Source: Candidatus Spongiisociaceae bacterium (GTDB lineage Bacteria; Actinomycetota; Acidimicrobiia; Spongiisociales; Spongiisociaceae). From it: 64,000 nucleotides of DNA. The notes under the pieces are model-generated. The model saw nothing but the letters and a program-made list of their open reading frames with translations. It searched no databases and had not been told where the DNA came from. The position numbers and the translations under genes are program-made. The stretch covers positions 2,272,001-2,336,000 of the forward strand of contig OZ241841.1 of assembly GCA_965202665.1 (NCBI GenBank). Direction: 5' to 3'. Shown here piece by piece: positions 44,824 through 54,117 of this stretch (its first letter is position 1; each line of letters begins with the position of its first letter).

Positions 44824-45815
44824 AGAGGCCGTTGACCGGTTCCAAAGCCGATGGAAGGCTGTTCGTTGGCCGAGACGCTGAACTCCGTCGCCTGGAACGA
44901 GCCGCCCAACTGGACTTCAACGTGTTGGCCTTGGGCGAACGCGGCATCGGGCTGACGTCTCTGATACGTCAGCATCAACGGCGAATGGAGGAAGCGGGCC
45001 GCCCTTGCTTCTACCTGAGCGGTACCAAGATAAAAAGTTCCGAGCAGGTGTTTGAGGCGATACAGACACGCGGCATGGGCCGTGTCGATCCTTTTTCTCC
45101 GATGCGGAGAGTGTTGGGTTTTACCCAACCGGATTCCCCATTCCATGAACTGATTCAGAAGATTAACCGGGAAGCGGACAATGTGCCCTTGGTGTTTCTG
45201 GATGACATGCATGACCCAAAGTTGACGCACCAGATGTTCGGGCGTTACCGGGATGAAATATGGGGGTTGTCCTGTCGCTGGGTGGTGTGCGGTCTCACTC
45301 GTCATCGCTCCGAATATTTGACCTCGCCTGCCGATGCTTTTTTTGAGACGGAGATCGCCATCGGAACTATGGATGATTCCGTTGCGGGCGACCTGTTGGA
45401 GGCGCGGTTGGCGACGGCCAGAGGCGAGGATGCCCGGTCGGTGGAACTGATCCGCTCCAATTACGAACAAATCATCAGAGAGGGCGGAGGCAATCCCCGG
45501 CAGATTTTGGCTTCGGCGCGAGACACACTCCTCCGCGATGTTGATGAAAGTGCCAGTTTGGAGCGTCTCCGACAGGAGGCGGCGAAGTTGGGCGAAGCAG
45601 AAGGCCGCGTTTGGCAATATCTACTAACTCACGGCCCGGCCAGTGCCTCCGACGAGGAACTTCTGGAAAACTACGGGATAACCCGCGCCCGCGCCGCCCA
45701 AGTACTCGGACGTCTCGAAGAAGCCGGATTGGTAGTGGTTCATTACGAGAAGCAAGGAGTGGGCCGCCCTCGCAAGTTCTACCGGGCGGGTATCCCTCAC
45801 CAGGAGGTCGCATGA
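44808..45815 (+). CDS. STAND/AAA-like P-loop protein with degenerate Walker A and C-terminal winged HTH
   Basis: FVGRDAEL, GERGIGLTS (Lys replaced by Leu), VFLDD, GGNPR, GITRARAAQVLGRLEEAGLV...GRPRKFY. Confidence 0.85.
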   Translation: MLHLSQRPLTGSKADGRLFVGRDAELRRLERAAQLDFNVLALGERGIGLTSLIRQHQRRMEEAGRPCFYLSGTKIKSSEQVFEAIQTRGMGRVDPFSPMRRVLGFTQPDSPFHELIQKINREADNVPLVFLDDMHDPKLTHQMFGRYRDEIWGLSCRWVVCGLTRHRSEYLTSPADAFFETEIAIGTMDDSVAGDLLEARLATARGEDARSVELIRSNYEQIIREGGGNPRQILASARDTLLRDVDESASLERLRQEAAKLGEAEGRVWQYLLTHGPASASDEELLENYGITRARAAQVLGRLEEAGLVVVHYEKQGVGRPRKFYRAGIPHQEVA

Positions 45816-46864
45816 GTCTAGAATTGTTGCGACGGCTTCAAGAAGAGCGCGCTTTTGACTCTTCCCCGCTTCGTCATGATTTGGGTGTATATCATGTTCC
45901 CTTCAGCGAGCTGGGTTCAATCAGGCCGCTGGAGCAGACACTGTATGATGCGGCGAAACGGGCGGAACGCCTGATGGTTATCGGTTGCTCTGGTTCGGGT
46001 AAGTCGAGCCTCATTGAGCACACGCTGGGACCGCTCGCCCAAGGGGTGGCTCCCATCCATATTCCTGTTTTTGCGGAGTCGGCTAATATTGTTACCAATG
46101 TGCAAGCAGTGGCTGGGATGATAATCCAGCAACTAGTGCAACATGCAGGGATGTCCGAAGCCGAACGTAAGCACGCTCTGCAGTGGGCATCCTCACAACG
46201 CCCCTTAGATTATAGGGCTAGTATAACTAGTTTTAAGGCAGATGCTTCTTGGACGGGTGCAGGGTTGGGAGCTGAAATCAAAAGGCAGGCTCCTAGCAAC
46301 ATGACTCTGCCCAACACTGCTTCGGGCACATTAGAAATAGTTGATCATTTGCTAAATGCAATAAAGGAAGATAAGTTGATGCCGGTGCTGGTGTTTGATG
46401 ATACTGACAGATGGTTTCGCGAAATAGAATCTGAAAATACCGAATATTATGATATAGCGATCAGATTTTTTGGTTCGGTCCTCACAGAGATACGTCAACT
46501 TAGCACAGGACTTGTTTTGGCCGTTCATCCCCGCTACCTAGAGAACGAACAACTCAACGATCACATAGGCAACACTATAGAGAGCCCGATTGATATTCCT
46601 TTGTTAACTTCCGTTAGCGCATTAGGTAAAGTGCTTTATTCGCGCGTCGTGAAACACTCCTCTCCTACCGGTACTGATAATGTGCCGTCACTAGACGAAG
46701 TTCTGTCGCCGGAGGCACTGGATAGGCTGTACGATCTGTACCAGTGCTATTTTTCCGGATCATTAAGGGAAGCAATTCGCAAAGTTCACATAGCCTTAAC
46801 CGATGCCTGCAATGGTGGATTTGAGGTTATCACGCCGGAGCTGATTACTCAGGCCGTTTGGTAA
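45812..46864 (+). CDS. P-loop (AAA/STAND-like) ATPase
   Basis: GCSGSGKSS, VLVFDDTD, GSLR; SD GGAGG and ATGA overlap with the upstream gene. Confidence 0.85.
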   Translation: MSLELLRRLQEERAFDSSPLRHDLGVYHVPFSELGSIRPLEQTLYDAAKRAERLMVIGCSGSGKSSLIEHTLGPLAQGVAPIHIPVFAESANIVTNVQAVAGMIIQQLVQHAGMSEAERKHALQWASSQRPLDYRASITSFKADASWTGAGLGAEIKRQAPSNMTLPNTASGTLEIVDHLLNAIKEDKLMPVLVFDDTDRWFREIESENTEYYDIAIRFFGSVLTEIRQLSTGLVLAVHPRYLENEQLNDHIGNTIESPIDIPLLTSVSALGKVLYSRVVKHSSPTGTDNVPSLDEVLSPEALDRLYDLYQCYFSGSLREAIRKVHIALTDACNGGFEVITPELITQAVW

Positions 46865-46877
46865 CCCGGGGCGGGAC

Positions 46878-47891
46878 TTAGATGGGTAAGGGGGTTTGGG
46901 TGGGGGATGCGGGGGCGGGGGGTGGGGAGGGTTGGGGGGTTTTGCGGGGGCGGGGGCCGAAGTGTTTTCTTATTATGCCGTTTACCATTATTCCCAGCCG
47001 TTTGCCGGCGGGGCGGGGGGCGTAGGCACCTTTGCGGTAGAAGCGGTGATAGCGGTGCAACAGGTCCGGGTATTTCTCGCCCACCCACTCGTAATAGTGT
47101 TGCTTCAGCGGACCCCGCAGGTGCAGGTAGGAACCGGTGATGAAGCGGGCCCCCGCCTCCGCCGCCCCGGCCACCACCTCCTCGATCTGTTCCGGCCGGT
47201 CGGACAGGCCGGGCAGGATGGGCATCATCAACACCCCGGACGGCACCCCCGCTTCGTTTAGGCGGGCCACCGCGTCCAGCCGTTTGCGGGGATGGGCGGT
47301 GCCCGGTTCGGAAGCGGCCCACACCTCCCGGTCCAGTGTGGGAACGGACAGGTTGATGGTCACTTCGGTGCGGGAAGCCGCCTCCCGCAACAAATCCAAA
47401 TCCCGCAACACCAGGGGCGATTTGGTGAGAACGGAAAACGGGTTGCCCCGCTCCGTCAACGTTTCCACGATCCGCCGGGTCAGTTTGTATTTGCCCTCGG
47501 CCGGCTGATAAGGGTCGGTGTTGGTGCCCATCGCAATCGGATGCCCCGGCCAGCGGCGGGGTTCGGTTTCCCGCCGGATCAGCTCCGGCGCGTTGATTTT
47601 CACCACGATCCGGCTGTCAAAGTCTTTGCCTATGCCCATCCCCAAAAAGTCGTGGGTGGGACGGGCGAAGCAGTAGGTGCAGGCGTGGCTGCACCCCCGG
47701 TAGGCGTTGATGGTGTATCCGAAAGGAAACATGCCGTTGTCGGGAACCCGGTTGATCAGGGTTTTGGCCTCCACATGCAGAAATTCCAGACCCCGGTAGG
47801 CGCCCCGCCCGATGTGACGCTCCACCGCCTGCTCAAACAAAGCGGGCGGGTCTTCCCTCCGGTCGGCGATGGGCCAACGAATTTCGCTCAT
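46878..47891 (-). CDS. Rv2578c-family radical SAM protein (spore photoproduct lyase-like)
   Basis: NAYRGCSHACTYCFAR, GTNTDPYQPAE, LTKS, PILPGL. Confidence 0.93.
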   Translation of the reverse strand: MSEIRWPIADRREDPPALFEQAVERHIGRGAYRGLEFLHVEAKTLINRVPDNGMFPFGYTINAYRGCSHACTYCFARPTHDFLGMGIGKDFDSRIVVKINAPELIRRETEPRRWPGHPIAMGTNTDPYQPAEGKYKLTRRIVETLTERGNPFSVLTKSPLVLRDLDLLREAASRTEVTINLSVPTLDREVWAASEPGTAHPRKRLDAVARLNEAGVPSGVLMMPILPGLSDRPEQIEEVVAGAAEAGARFITGSYLHLRGPLKQHYYEWVGEKYPDLLHRYHRFYRKGAYAPRPAGKRLGIMVNGIIRKHFGPRPRKTPQPSPPPAPASPTQTPLPI

Positions 47892-47897
47892 TCCCCC

Positions 47898-47926
47898 ATA
47901 ATACCGAACATATGTTCGGGTGTCAA
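47898..47926 (-). promoter_or_regulatory. Leaderless sigma70 promoter with a LexA (SOS) box in the spacer
   Basis: Minus strand TTGACA-N17-TATTAT-N6-ATG; spacer contains perfect palindrome CCGAACATATGTTCGG (47904-47919). Confidence 0.9.
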
Positions 47927-48004
47927 ACAAGAATCAGGGGATGCCTCCGCCTTCCAAAGGGTAGGGTTGTCCCGACACCGAAGGTAGAAACCCGGAGGAA
48001 GGCA

Positions 48005-48754
48005 ATGGAGGGGTTGGACGGACAAACGGTGATAGTAACGGGGGCCGCCCGCGGCATCGGGGCGGCCATCGCCGAATATCTGGCCGGGCGCCGGGCGACG
48101 GTGATCGGCTGGGACAAAGAAGCGGTCGAAGACGCAACCCCGGCTCCCGGGCGGCCGGCGATGCGGCGGGTCGACATCAGGGACGGGGAGGCGGCGGAGG
48201 CCGCGGTTGACAGGATCGGCAACGACTACGGGGGGCTGTACGGCCTGGTCAACAACGCGGCGGTGTCGCTGGGGCAGCCCCTGCAGCAAACGTCCGCCGA
48301 AGTGTGGGAGGAAACCTTGGAGGTGAACCTGACCGGGGGTTTCCGGCTGATGCGCGCCGCCGCCCGGGTGATGATCGCCGGAGGCGGAGGGGGGCGGATA
48401 GTGAACATCGCCTCGGTTAATTCCTTCGCCGCCCAAGCCGGCGCCGCCTCCTATGTGGCCTCCAAAGGAGGGGTGGCCGCCCTGACCAGGGCCGCCGCTG
48501 TCGACCTGGCCCGCTACGGCATTTTGGTGAACGCGGTCGCCCCCGGCCCTATCGCCACCGAAGCCTACCGGGCGGTGTACGACGAACCGGCGGCCGACGC
48601 CGCCATTTGCCGCAACGTCCCCCTCGGACGCCCCGGACAACCGGAGGAAGTGGCGGCGGCGGTCGCCTTTCTGCTGTCGCCGGCCGCCTCCTACATCACC
48701 GGCTCCACCATCTCGGTCGACGGCGGTTTTCTGGCTTACGCCAGAGTGGACTGA
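48005..48754 (+). CDS. Short-chain dehydrogenase/reductase
   Basis: TGAARGIG, NNAA, YVASK, VNAVAPG, VDGG. Confidence 0.93.
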   Translation: MEGLDGQTVIVTGAARGIGAAIAEYLAGRRATVIGWDKEAVEDATPAPGRPAMRRVDIRDGEAAEAAVDRIGNDYGGLYGLVNNAAVSLGQPLQQTSAEVWEETLEVNLTGGFRLMRAAARVMIAGGGGGRIVNIASVNSFAAQAGAASYVASKGGVAALTRAAAVDLARYGILVNAVAPGPIATEAYRAVYDEPAADAAICRNVPLGRPGQPEEVAAAVAFLLSPAASYITGSTISVDGGFLAYARVD

Positions 48755-48845
48755 CCCGCCGCTCCCCGCTCCCGCCGCAACAGGCCCCGCTATTCTTAAG
48801 GGCGACATCTGGATACCATCCGGGAAAAATCCGGGGAGGAACGGC

Positions 48846-49595
48846 ATGCGGCTAGCGGAGGATCTGTTTCTGGTGGGGGGCGGTTCGTTCAACGGGTTCG
48901 GGCTTTCCACCGCCGCCGACAGCCACGTTTACGCCTTCGTCTCCGGCGATGAAATTCTGCTGGTGGACTGCGGCATGGACCACCAGGGGGGTTTGGACGC
49001 CATTTGGCGGAACCTGCGGGCGGACGGGTTGCGCCCGCAAAACATCACCCACATTGCGCTCACCCACTACCACGTAGACCACTGCGGGGGACTGCTGTCG
49101 CTGCTGGAGCGGGTGGAGGCCCGCGTAATAGCCGGGGCGGAGACGCTGGCCGCATTAGCTACTGGGGACGTCCACGCCACCGGATTCGCCCTCGCCCAAG
49201 CGGGCGGCCTTTACCCGGAGGACTATCGCCTGCGGCCGGTTCCGGGCTTGGACGCCGCGCCCGGATACGGAAACTTCCGGGTGGGCGACGCCGTCGTGGA
49301 GGCGGTTGCCGCGCCCGGCCACTGCGCCGGCCACGCCGTGTTCGCTGTGCGCGGCGCGGCCGGAAACTACCTTTTCACCGGCGACTGCGTTTTCCACGGC
49401 GGGCGGATCGCCTTGCTCAACACCCCGGACTGCTCGTTGGACGAATACCGTTCCACGATTGCCGCCCTGGCCGAACGGCCGGTGGACGCCCTGTTGCCCG
49501 GGCACGGGGCGCTGGCGATGAGCGGAGGGGCCGAACACATCCAAGCGGCGGCGCAGGCCTTTGAGTCCCTGATCCTGCCGGAAAGCATAACGTAG
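48846..49595 (+). CDS. MBL-fold metallo-hydrolase
   Basis: THYHVDH, PGHCAGH, TGD, PGHG. Confidence 0.92.
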   Translation: MRLAEDLFLVGGGSFNGFGLSTAADSHVYAFVSGDEILLVDCGMDHQGGLDAIWRNLRADGLRPQNITHIALTHYHVDHCGGLLSLLERVEARVIAGAETLAALATGDVHATGFALAQAGGLYPEDYRLRPVPGLDAAPGYGNFRVGDAVVEAVAAPGHCAGHAVFAVRGAAGNYLFTGDCVFHGGRIALLNTPDCSLDEYRSTIAALAERPVDALLPGHGALAMSGGAEHIQAAAQAFESLILPESIT

Positions 49596-49759
49596 CCGCC
49601 CCGGCGCCCAAAGCATCCAACCGCCCGGGGCGCCCATCGCGGGATTTTTCCGCATTGCGCCCCCCGGTCGCACAGCGGCGGGGTAGGCTGACCCCAAGGC
49701 CGTCGCAGACGCGAAGCCGGCGGCGGCTTGTTCACATGTCGATGAGAGGAGATTTGACG

Positions 49760-51022
49760 ATGAACAGGTTGAAAAAATGGAGCGCCGTTTTGGCGGCGCT
49801 GGCCTTGGCGGCGGCCGCCTGCGGCAGCGACGGTTTTGAGGGGCAGGAGATCGTGGTCAGCTACATGCAGTCGGGCACCTACGACAACGCGGCCCGCGAT
49901 CTGGTGGATTCCTTCCAGGAGGAGACCGGGGCCACCGTTGAGGTGGTGGCGCAGCCCTTCGAGGTGCTGACCCAGACCTATGTGACCGACCTTGCCACCG
50001 GCACCGGCCAGTTCGACCTGATTTCCTCCACCTCCTGGATCGCCGATCAGTTCCCGCAGTTGCGCTCCCTGGGGGACTTGTACAACGAAGAGGACTTCCC
50101 CGGCTTCATCCCCGAGTTGCTGCAACCGGGCCGGGCGGCCTACAACGGGAGCGACATCGTGGGCATCCCTTACGCGGTGGACGCCTACGGGCTGTTCTAC
50201 CGCACCGATATTTTCCAAGAGGCGGGCGTCAGCGCCGACTGGTCCAACTGGGAGGAGTTCTTCGCCGCTTTGGACGCCTTGCAACCTTCCCTGCCGGAGG
50301 GGATGAGCCCCTTCGTGTTCTCCTACGGGGCGGTGGAGCAGACCCCGGCCATCTGGCTGGCCGCCTACGACAGTTGGATGGTGGACTCCGCCGGCCGCTA
50401 CGGGGTGGACCGGGAACCGGCCATCCGCGCTTTGGACATCCTGGCGCGCACCTTGGACTACGCCCCGGAGGGGGCGGTGGCTTTGAGCATCGACGAAGCC
50501 AACGCGGTGTTCAACTCGGGCGGCGCGGCCGTGCTGATCTGCTGGCCCAGCTTCAACCGGGCGGCAGCCAACGAGTCGCTCCCCGGCCAATGGGCCCTCG
50601 GTTCCCTGCCCGGCCCGGGCCGTCCGTGGCTGAGCCTGTGGAACGCCTCCATCGCCTCCACCTCCGACAACCCGGAGTTGGTGTATGAATGGATCAAGTC
50701 GTACATAAACCCGGCGAATTCCACCGCCAACATGGCCGAGTACGGGATCGGTTCGCCCTTCGGCAGCACCTATTCCGACCCGGAGTTGCTGGCGGCCAAC
50801 GCCCACGACTATCCGACGCAGGCCGCCAACTTGGCGCAGGCCATCAACGTCCCATGGACTTTCCCCGCCTTCGAGGTGGCTTTCCGGGCGGTGGGGGAGA
50901 TGCTTACCGGCTCTCTCACCTCCGGGCAGGTGGTGGACGCTTGGCACGAAGGCTGGGGCCCCCTGGATCCCCCGGCCGCCGCCGTGGACGAGGCGGCCGC
51001 CTTGGGCATGCAGCAAACCTGA
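49760..51022 (+). CDS. Carbohydrate ABC transporter substrate-binding lipoprotein
   Basis: Lipobox AAAC, GIPY...LFYRTDIF, SD GAGGAG. Confidence 0.9.
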   Translation: MNRLKKWSAVLAALALAAAACGSDGFEGQEIVVSYMQSGTYDNAARDLVDSFQEETGATVEVVAQPFEVLTQTYVTDLATGTGQFDLISSTSWIADQFPQLRSLGDLYNEEDFPGFIPELLQPGRAAYNGSDIVGIPYAVDAYGLFYRTDIFQEAGVSADWSNWEEFFAALDALQPSLPEGMSPFVFSYGAVEQTPAIWLAAYDSWMVDSAGRYGVDREPAIRALDILARTLDYAPEGAVALSIDEANAVFNSGGAAVLICWPSFNRAAANESLPGQWALGSLPGPGRPWLSLWNASIASTSDNPELVYEWIKSYINPANSTANMAEYGIGSPFGSTYSDPELLAANAHDYPTQAANLAQAINVPWTFPAFEVAFRAVGEMLTGSLTSGQVVDAWHEGWGPLDPPAAAVDEAAALGMQQT

Positions 51023-51071
51023 CCGGCCCCGCCCCCGGGTTGGAGTCGGCTGACCGGAGCCGGTGGCCGCA

Positions 51072-51998
51072 ATGACGACGAAGACGGCTCCCGGGAGATT
51101 CAAACTTCCGGGGCCGTCCCGTCTGTCCGCCCGCCGCCAACCGCAGACCGGGCTGTGGCTGTTCCTGGCCCCGGTCATCGCGATAGTGGCCGCCCAGCTG
51201 GCCCTGCTGGTGTGGACGGCCCTTTTGGCCGGCCAGGATTGGGTGCTCACCCAAAGCCAGCAGTCCGAAGGCTGGACGGGGGCGGACAATTTCCGGGCCG
51301 TGCTGTCCGACCCCATTTTTTGGAGGTCGGTGCGCAACACGGTCATCATCACCGGGGCGTCGGTGCCCGCGCAGCTGATCATCGGCGTGGGCCTGGCCTA
51401 CGCCACTTTGGAGGTGGCCGCTTCCCGCTGGCTCCGCACCGCTTTGCTGGCCCCGATGGTGATCGCGCCGGTGGCGGTGGGGATCGTGTGGCGGCTGATG
51501 CTGAACGTGCAGGCCGGGCCGATAAACAATTTCCTGCTGGAACCGCTGGGCGTCCAAGGCCCGGTTTGGCTGGGCGACCCCGGCTGGGCCCTGGTTTCGG
51601 TGATCGCGGTGGAAATATGGGAGTGGACGCCGTTTGTAATGTTGCTGACCGCGGCCGGTTTGACCGGCATCCCGGACGACATTCGGGAAGCGGCCAAAGT
51701 GGACGGGGCGGGCCCTTGGCAACGGGTGCGGCGGGTGGAGTTCCCCATCATGAAATCGGTGTTTCTGCTCATCGTGCTGTTCCGCACCTTGGAGTCCCTG
51801 ATCAGCCTGGACGTGATCATTTCCCTGACCAGGGGCGGTCCCGGCTGGGCCACGTTCACCCTGCCCTATTACATCTATTCCCTGGGCCTCCGCAACTTTG
51901 ACCTGGGGAGGGCCTCCGCCGCTTCCCTGCTGTTCATGCTGGCGGCGGCGGCGGTGTCGGCGGCCATGGTGCGGGCGCAGACCAAGGCCCGGCTGTGA
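51072..51998 (+). CDS. Carbohydrate ABC transporter permease
   Basis: WEWTPF, EAAKVDGA, TRGGPG. Confidence 0.93.
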   Translation: MTTKTAPGRFKLPGPSRLSARRQPQTGLWLFLAPVIAIVAAQLALLVWTALLAGQDWVLTQSQQSEGWTGADNFRAVLSDPIFWRSVRNTVIITGASVPAQLIIGVGLAYATLEVAASRWLRTALLAPMVIAPVAVGIVWRLMLNVQAGPINNFLLEPLGVQGPVWLGDPGWALVSVIAVEIWEWTPFVMLLTAAGLTGIPDDIREAAKVDGAGPWQRVRRVEFPIMKSVFLLIVLFRTLESLISLDVIISLTRGGPGWATFTLPYYIYSLGLRNFDLGRASAASLLFMLAAAAVSAAMVRAQTKARL

Positions 51999-52852
51999 CC
52001 GCCCGCCCGGAGACCCCGCTCCGCCGCCCGATGCGCACCCGGTGGATACGCTGGACGATCATCGCCGCCGGCCTGGCCTGGGCCCTGGCCCCCCTCTTGT
52101 TCCTGCTGCTGACCAGCCTGAAACCGGCCAACGCCTTCCTGGAAATCCCGCCGCGGCTGTTGCCCAGCTCGGTGACTTTGGACAATTTCCGCACCGCCTT
52201 CAACGACTTCGACGCGTGGCGGGTGGCCGTCAACAGCCTGACGGTGACCACCGCGGTGATCGGGCTGTCCCTGTTGTTCGGCATTCCCGGCGGGTACGCC
52301 TTGCACCGCCTGTCCATTTCCCCGCGGGTGGTTATTTTCTTCGTGGGGGTTTTGCTGTTCGTCCGCTTCTACCCGCGCATCGCCACCATCGTCCCCTGGT
52401 TTTTGGCCATGCGGGAGTTGGACCTGCTGGACACCCGCCTGGCCGTCATTCTCGGGCATCTGGGTTTGACTTTGCCTTTGGCCACCTGGCTCATGCACAC
52501 CACCTTCCGGCAGGTGCCGCCCGACTTCGACGAGGCGGCCATCGTGGACGGGGCGGGCCTTTGGCAACGGCTGGTCCGGGTGCAGATCCCGCTGGCCGCC
52601 CCCGGTATCGCCGCCGCGGCCATCCTCAGCGCCTTCCTGTCCTGGAACGAGTTTCTGGTGGCGGCCAGCACCACCCGGGAGGGGGCGAAGGTGCTGTCGG
52701 TGACGGTGGCCGCTTTCATAACCGACAAAGGGGTGCTCTGGGGGCCGATGGCGGCCATCGCCGCCCTGATAATCATCCCGCCCCTGGTGTTCGCGTTGTT
52801 CGCCCAGCGGAATCTGATACGGGGCCTGACCGGGGGCGGGGTGAAAGGATGA
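51995..52852 (+). CDS. Carbohydrate ABC transporter permease
   Basis: EAAIVDGA, SWNEF, GLTGGGVKG. Confidence 0.93.
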   Translation: MTARPETPLRRPMRTRWIRWTIIAAGLAWALAPLLFLLLTSLKPANAFLEIPPRLLPSSVTLDNFRTAFNDFDAWRVAVNSLTVTTAVIGLSLLFGIPGGYALHRLSISPRVVIFFVGVLLFVRFYPRIATIVPWFLAMRELDLLDTRLAVILGHLGLTLPLATWLMHTTFRQVPPDFDEAAIVDGAGLWQRLVRVQIPLAAPGIAAAAILSAFLSWNEFLVAASTTREGAKVLSVTVAAFITDKGVLWGPMAAIAALIIIPPLVFALFAQRNLIRGLTGGGVKG

Positions 52853-54096
52853 CCGCCCCTCTCTTCCGGGCCTTCTGCCGGGGATGTTCGGCTGAAATCC
52901 CCCCTTCGGAGCGCATCTGCCGGGAATGCGGGGCCACCCCCCGCTTTGAGTTCGCGGCGGACGCCCCGCTGGCGGCGGAAGGGGCCTTCGGCATGGACCG
53001 CTACCGCAATCTTTTGCCGTTGCCGCCCCCCGGCGAAGATCTGGTGGACCTCCCCGCCGGGGGCACCCCGTTGCTGTCGGTTCCGGGCAATACGTCCCCG
53101 GAACGGCTGTGGGTGAAAGATGAAACCCGCAACGGAACCGGTTCCCACAAAGACCGCCAGCTGGCCATCGCCCTGCGCCACGCCCACCGGGCGGGGGCGG
53201 CCGCTTCCCTGATCGTTTCGGCGGGGAGCACCGGCATCTCCCATTCCGCTTTGGCGGCCCGGTGCGGGATGCGGAGCATCGTGTTGATGAGCGGAACCCA
53301 GCCCCGCTACCGGCTGGTTCCGCTGCTGTTGCACGGCTCGGCGGTGGTGGCGGTCGACGAACAGATCGACCGCCTGCTGGAACGCGTCGAAGTTTTAGCC
53401 CAAAAACTGGGCCTCTACCACGCCAGCACCGCCGTCCCCCACAATTCCCATCAGGCGGAGGGGCCGAAAACCATCGCTTTTGAAATATACGAGCGCCTGG
53501 GCCGGGTTCCGGAGGCGGTGATCGCGGCGGTGGGCGGCGGCGGCACCCTGCGGGGAATGCACGACGGGTTCGCCGCGTTGCGGGAGCGGGGGTTGACGGA
53601 GCGAATCCCCCGCATGGTAGGGGTGGTGCCCCGGGAATGGAATTCGCTGGAGGTCGCCTTCCGCGAAGGGGCGGTCGAGCAACGGGACATTCCGTTCATC
53701 GACCGGGGCGGCCAACAGGGGGAGGCGGTGCTTTCCAAGTTGGCCCACGCCCGCCCCCCGGACGGAGCGGCCGCCTTGCAGGCGATAAGGGAGTCGGGGG
53801 GGACGGTGGTCAGCGTAACCGACGGGGAGGCGGTGCGGGGGGCCCGCTGGCTGGCTTCCCGCGCCGGGGTGATCGTGGAACCGGCCAGCGGCGCGGTGGC
53901 GGCCGCCCTGCCCCGCCTGCGGGAAGATTTCCCCGATCTGGGGGAGGCGGCGCTGCTCGCCTCCGGCTCCGGCTACCGGGAACTGCCGCTGCTGATGGAT
54001 CTGGTCCCGGAACCGGCCCCGCCCCTGGCCCCCTCCCAGTTGGAAAAAACCCTGGAAAACATCATTTCCGACCAACCCGAAAACCGGGAAAAATAA
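52849..54096 (+). CDS. Threonine synthase-like PLP enzyme (fold type II) with N-terminal Zn-ribbon
   Basis: CRGC...CREC, GGTPL, KDETRNGTGSHKDR, KTIAFE, VGGGGT, EPAS; ATGA overlap. Confidence 0.85.
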   Translation: MTAPLFRAFCRGCSAEIPPSERICRECGATPRFEFAADAPLAAEGAFGMDRYRNLLPLPPPGEDLVDLPAGGTPLLSVPGNTSPERLWVKDETRNGTGSHKDRQLAIALRHAHRAGAAASLIVSAGSTGISHSALAARCGMRSIVLMSGTQPRYRLVPLLLHGSAVVAVDEQIDRLLERVEVLAQKLGLYHASTAVPHNSHQAEGPKTIAFEIYERLGRVPEAVIAAVGGGGTLRGMHDGFAALRERGLTERIPRMVGVVPREWNSLEVAFREGAVEQRDIPFIDRGGQQGEAVLSKLAHARPPDGAAALQAIRESGGTVVSVTDGEAVRGARWLASRAGVIVEPASGAVAAALPRLREDFPDLGEAALLASGSGYRELPLLMDLVPEPAPPLAPSQLEKTLENIISDQPENREK

Positions 54097-54117
54097 AGCA
54101 AAGAAGGGAGAAAAACC

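Noticed and set aside
36641-46877. Prophage or integrative element spanning the AT-richer blocks
   Set aside because: No integrase, transposase, phage genes or att pairs; housekeeping-type genes lie between the blocks.
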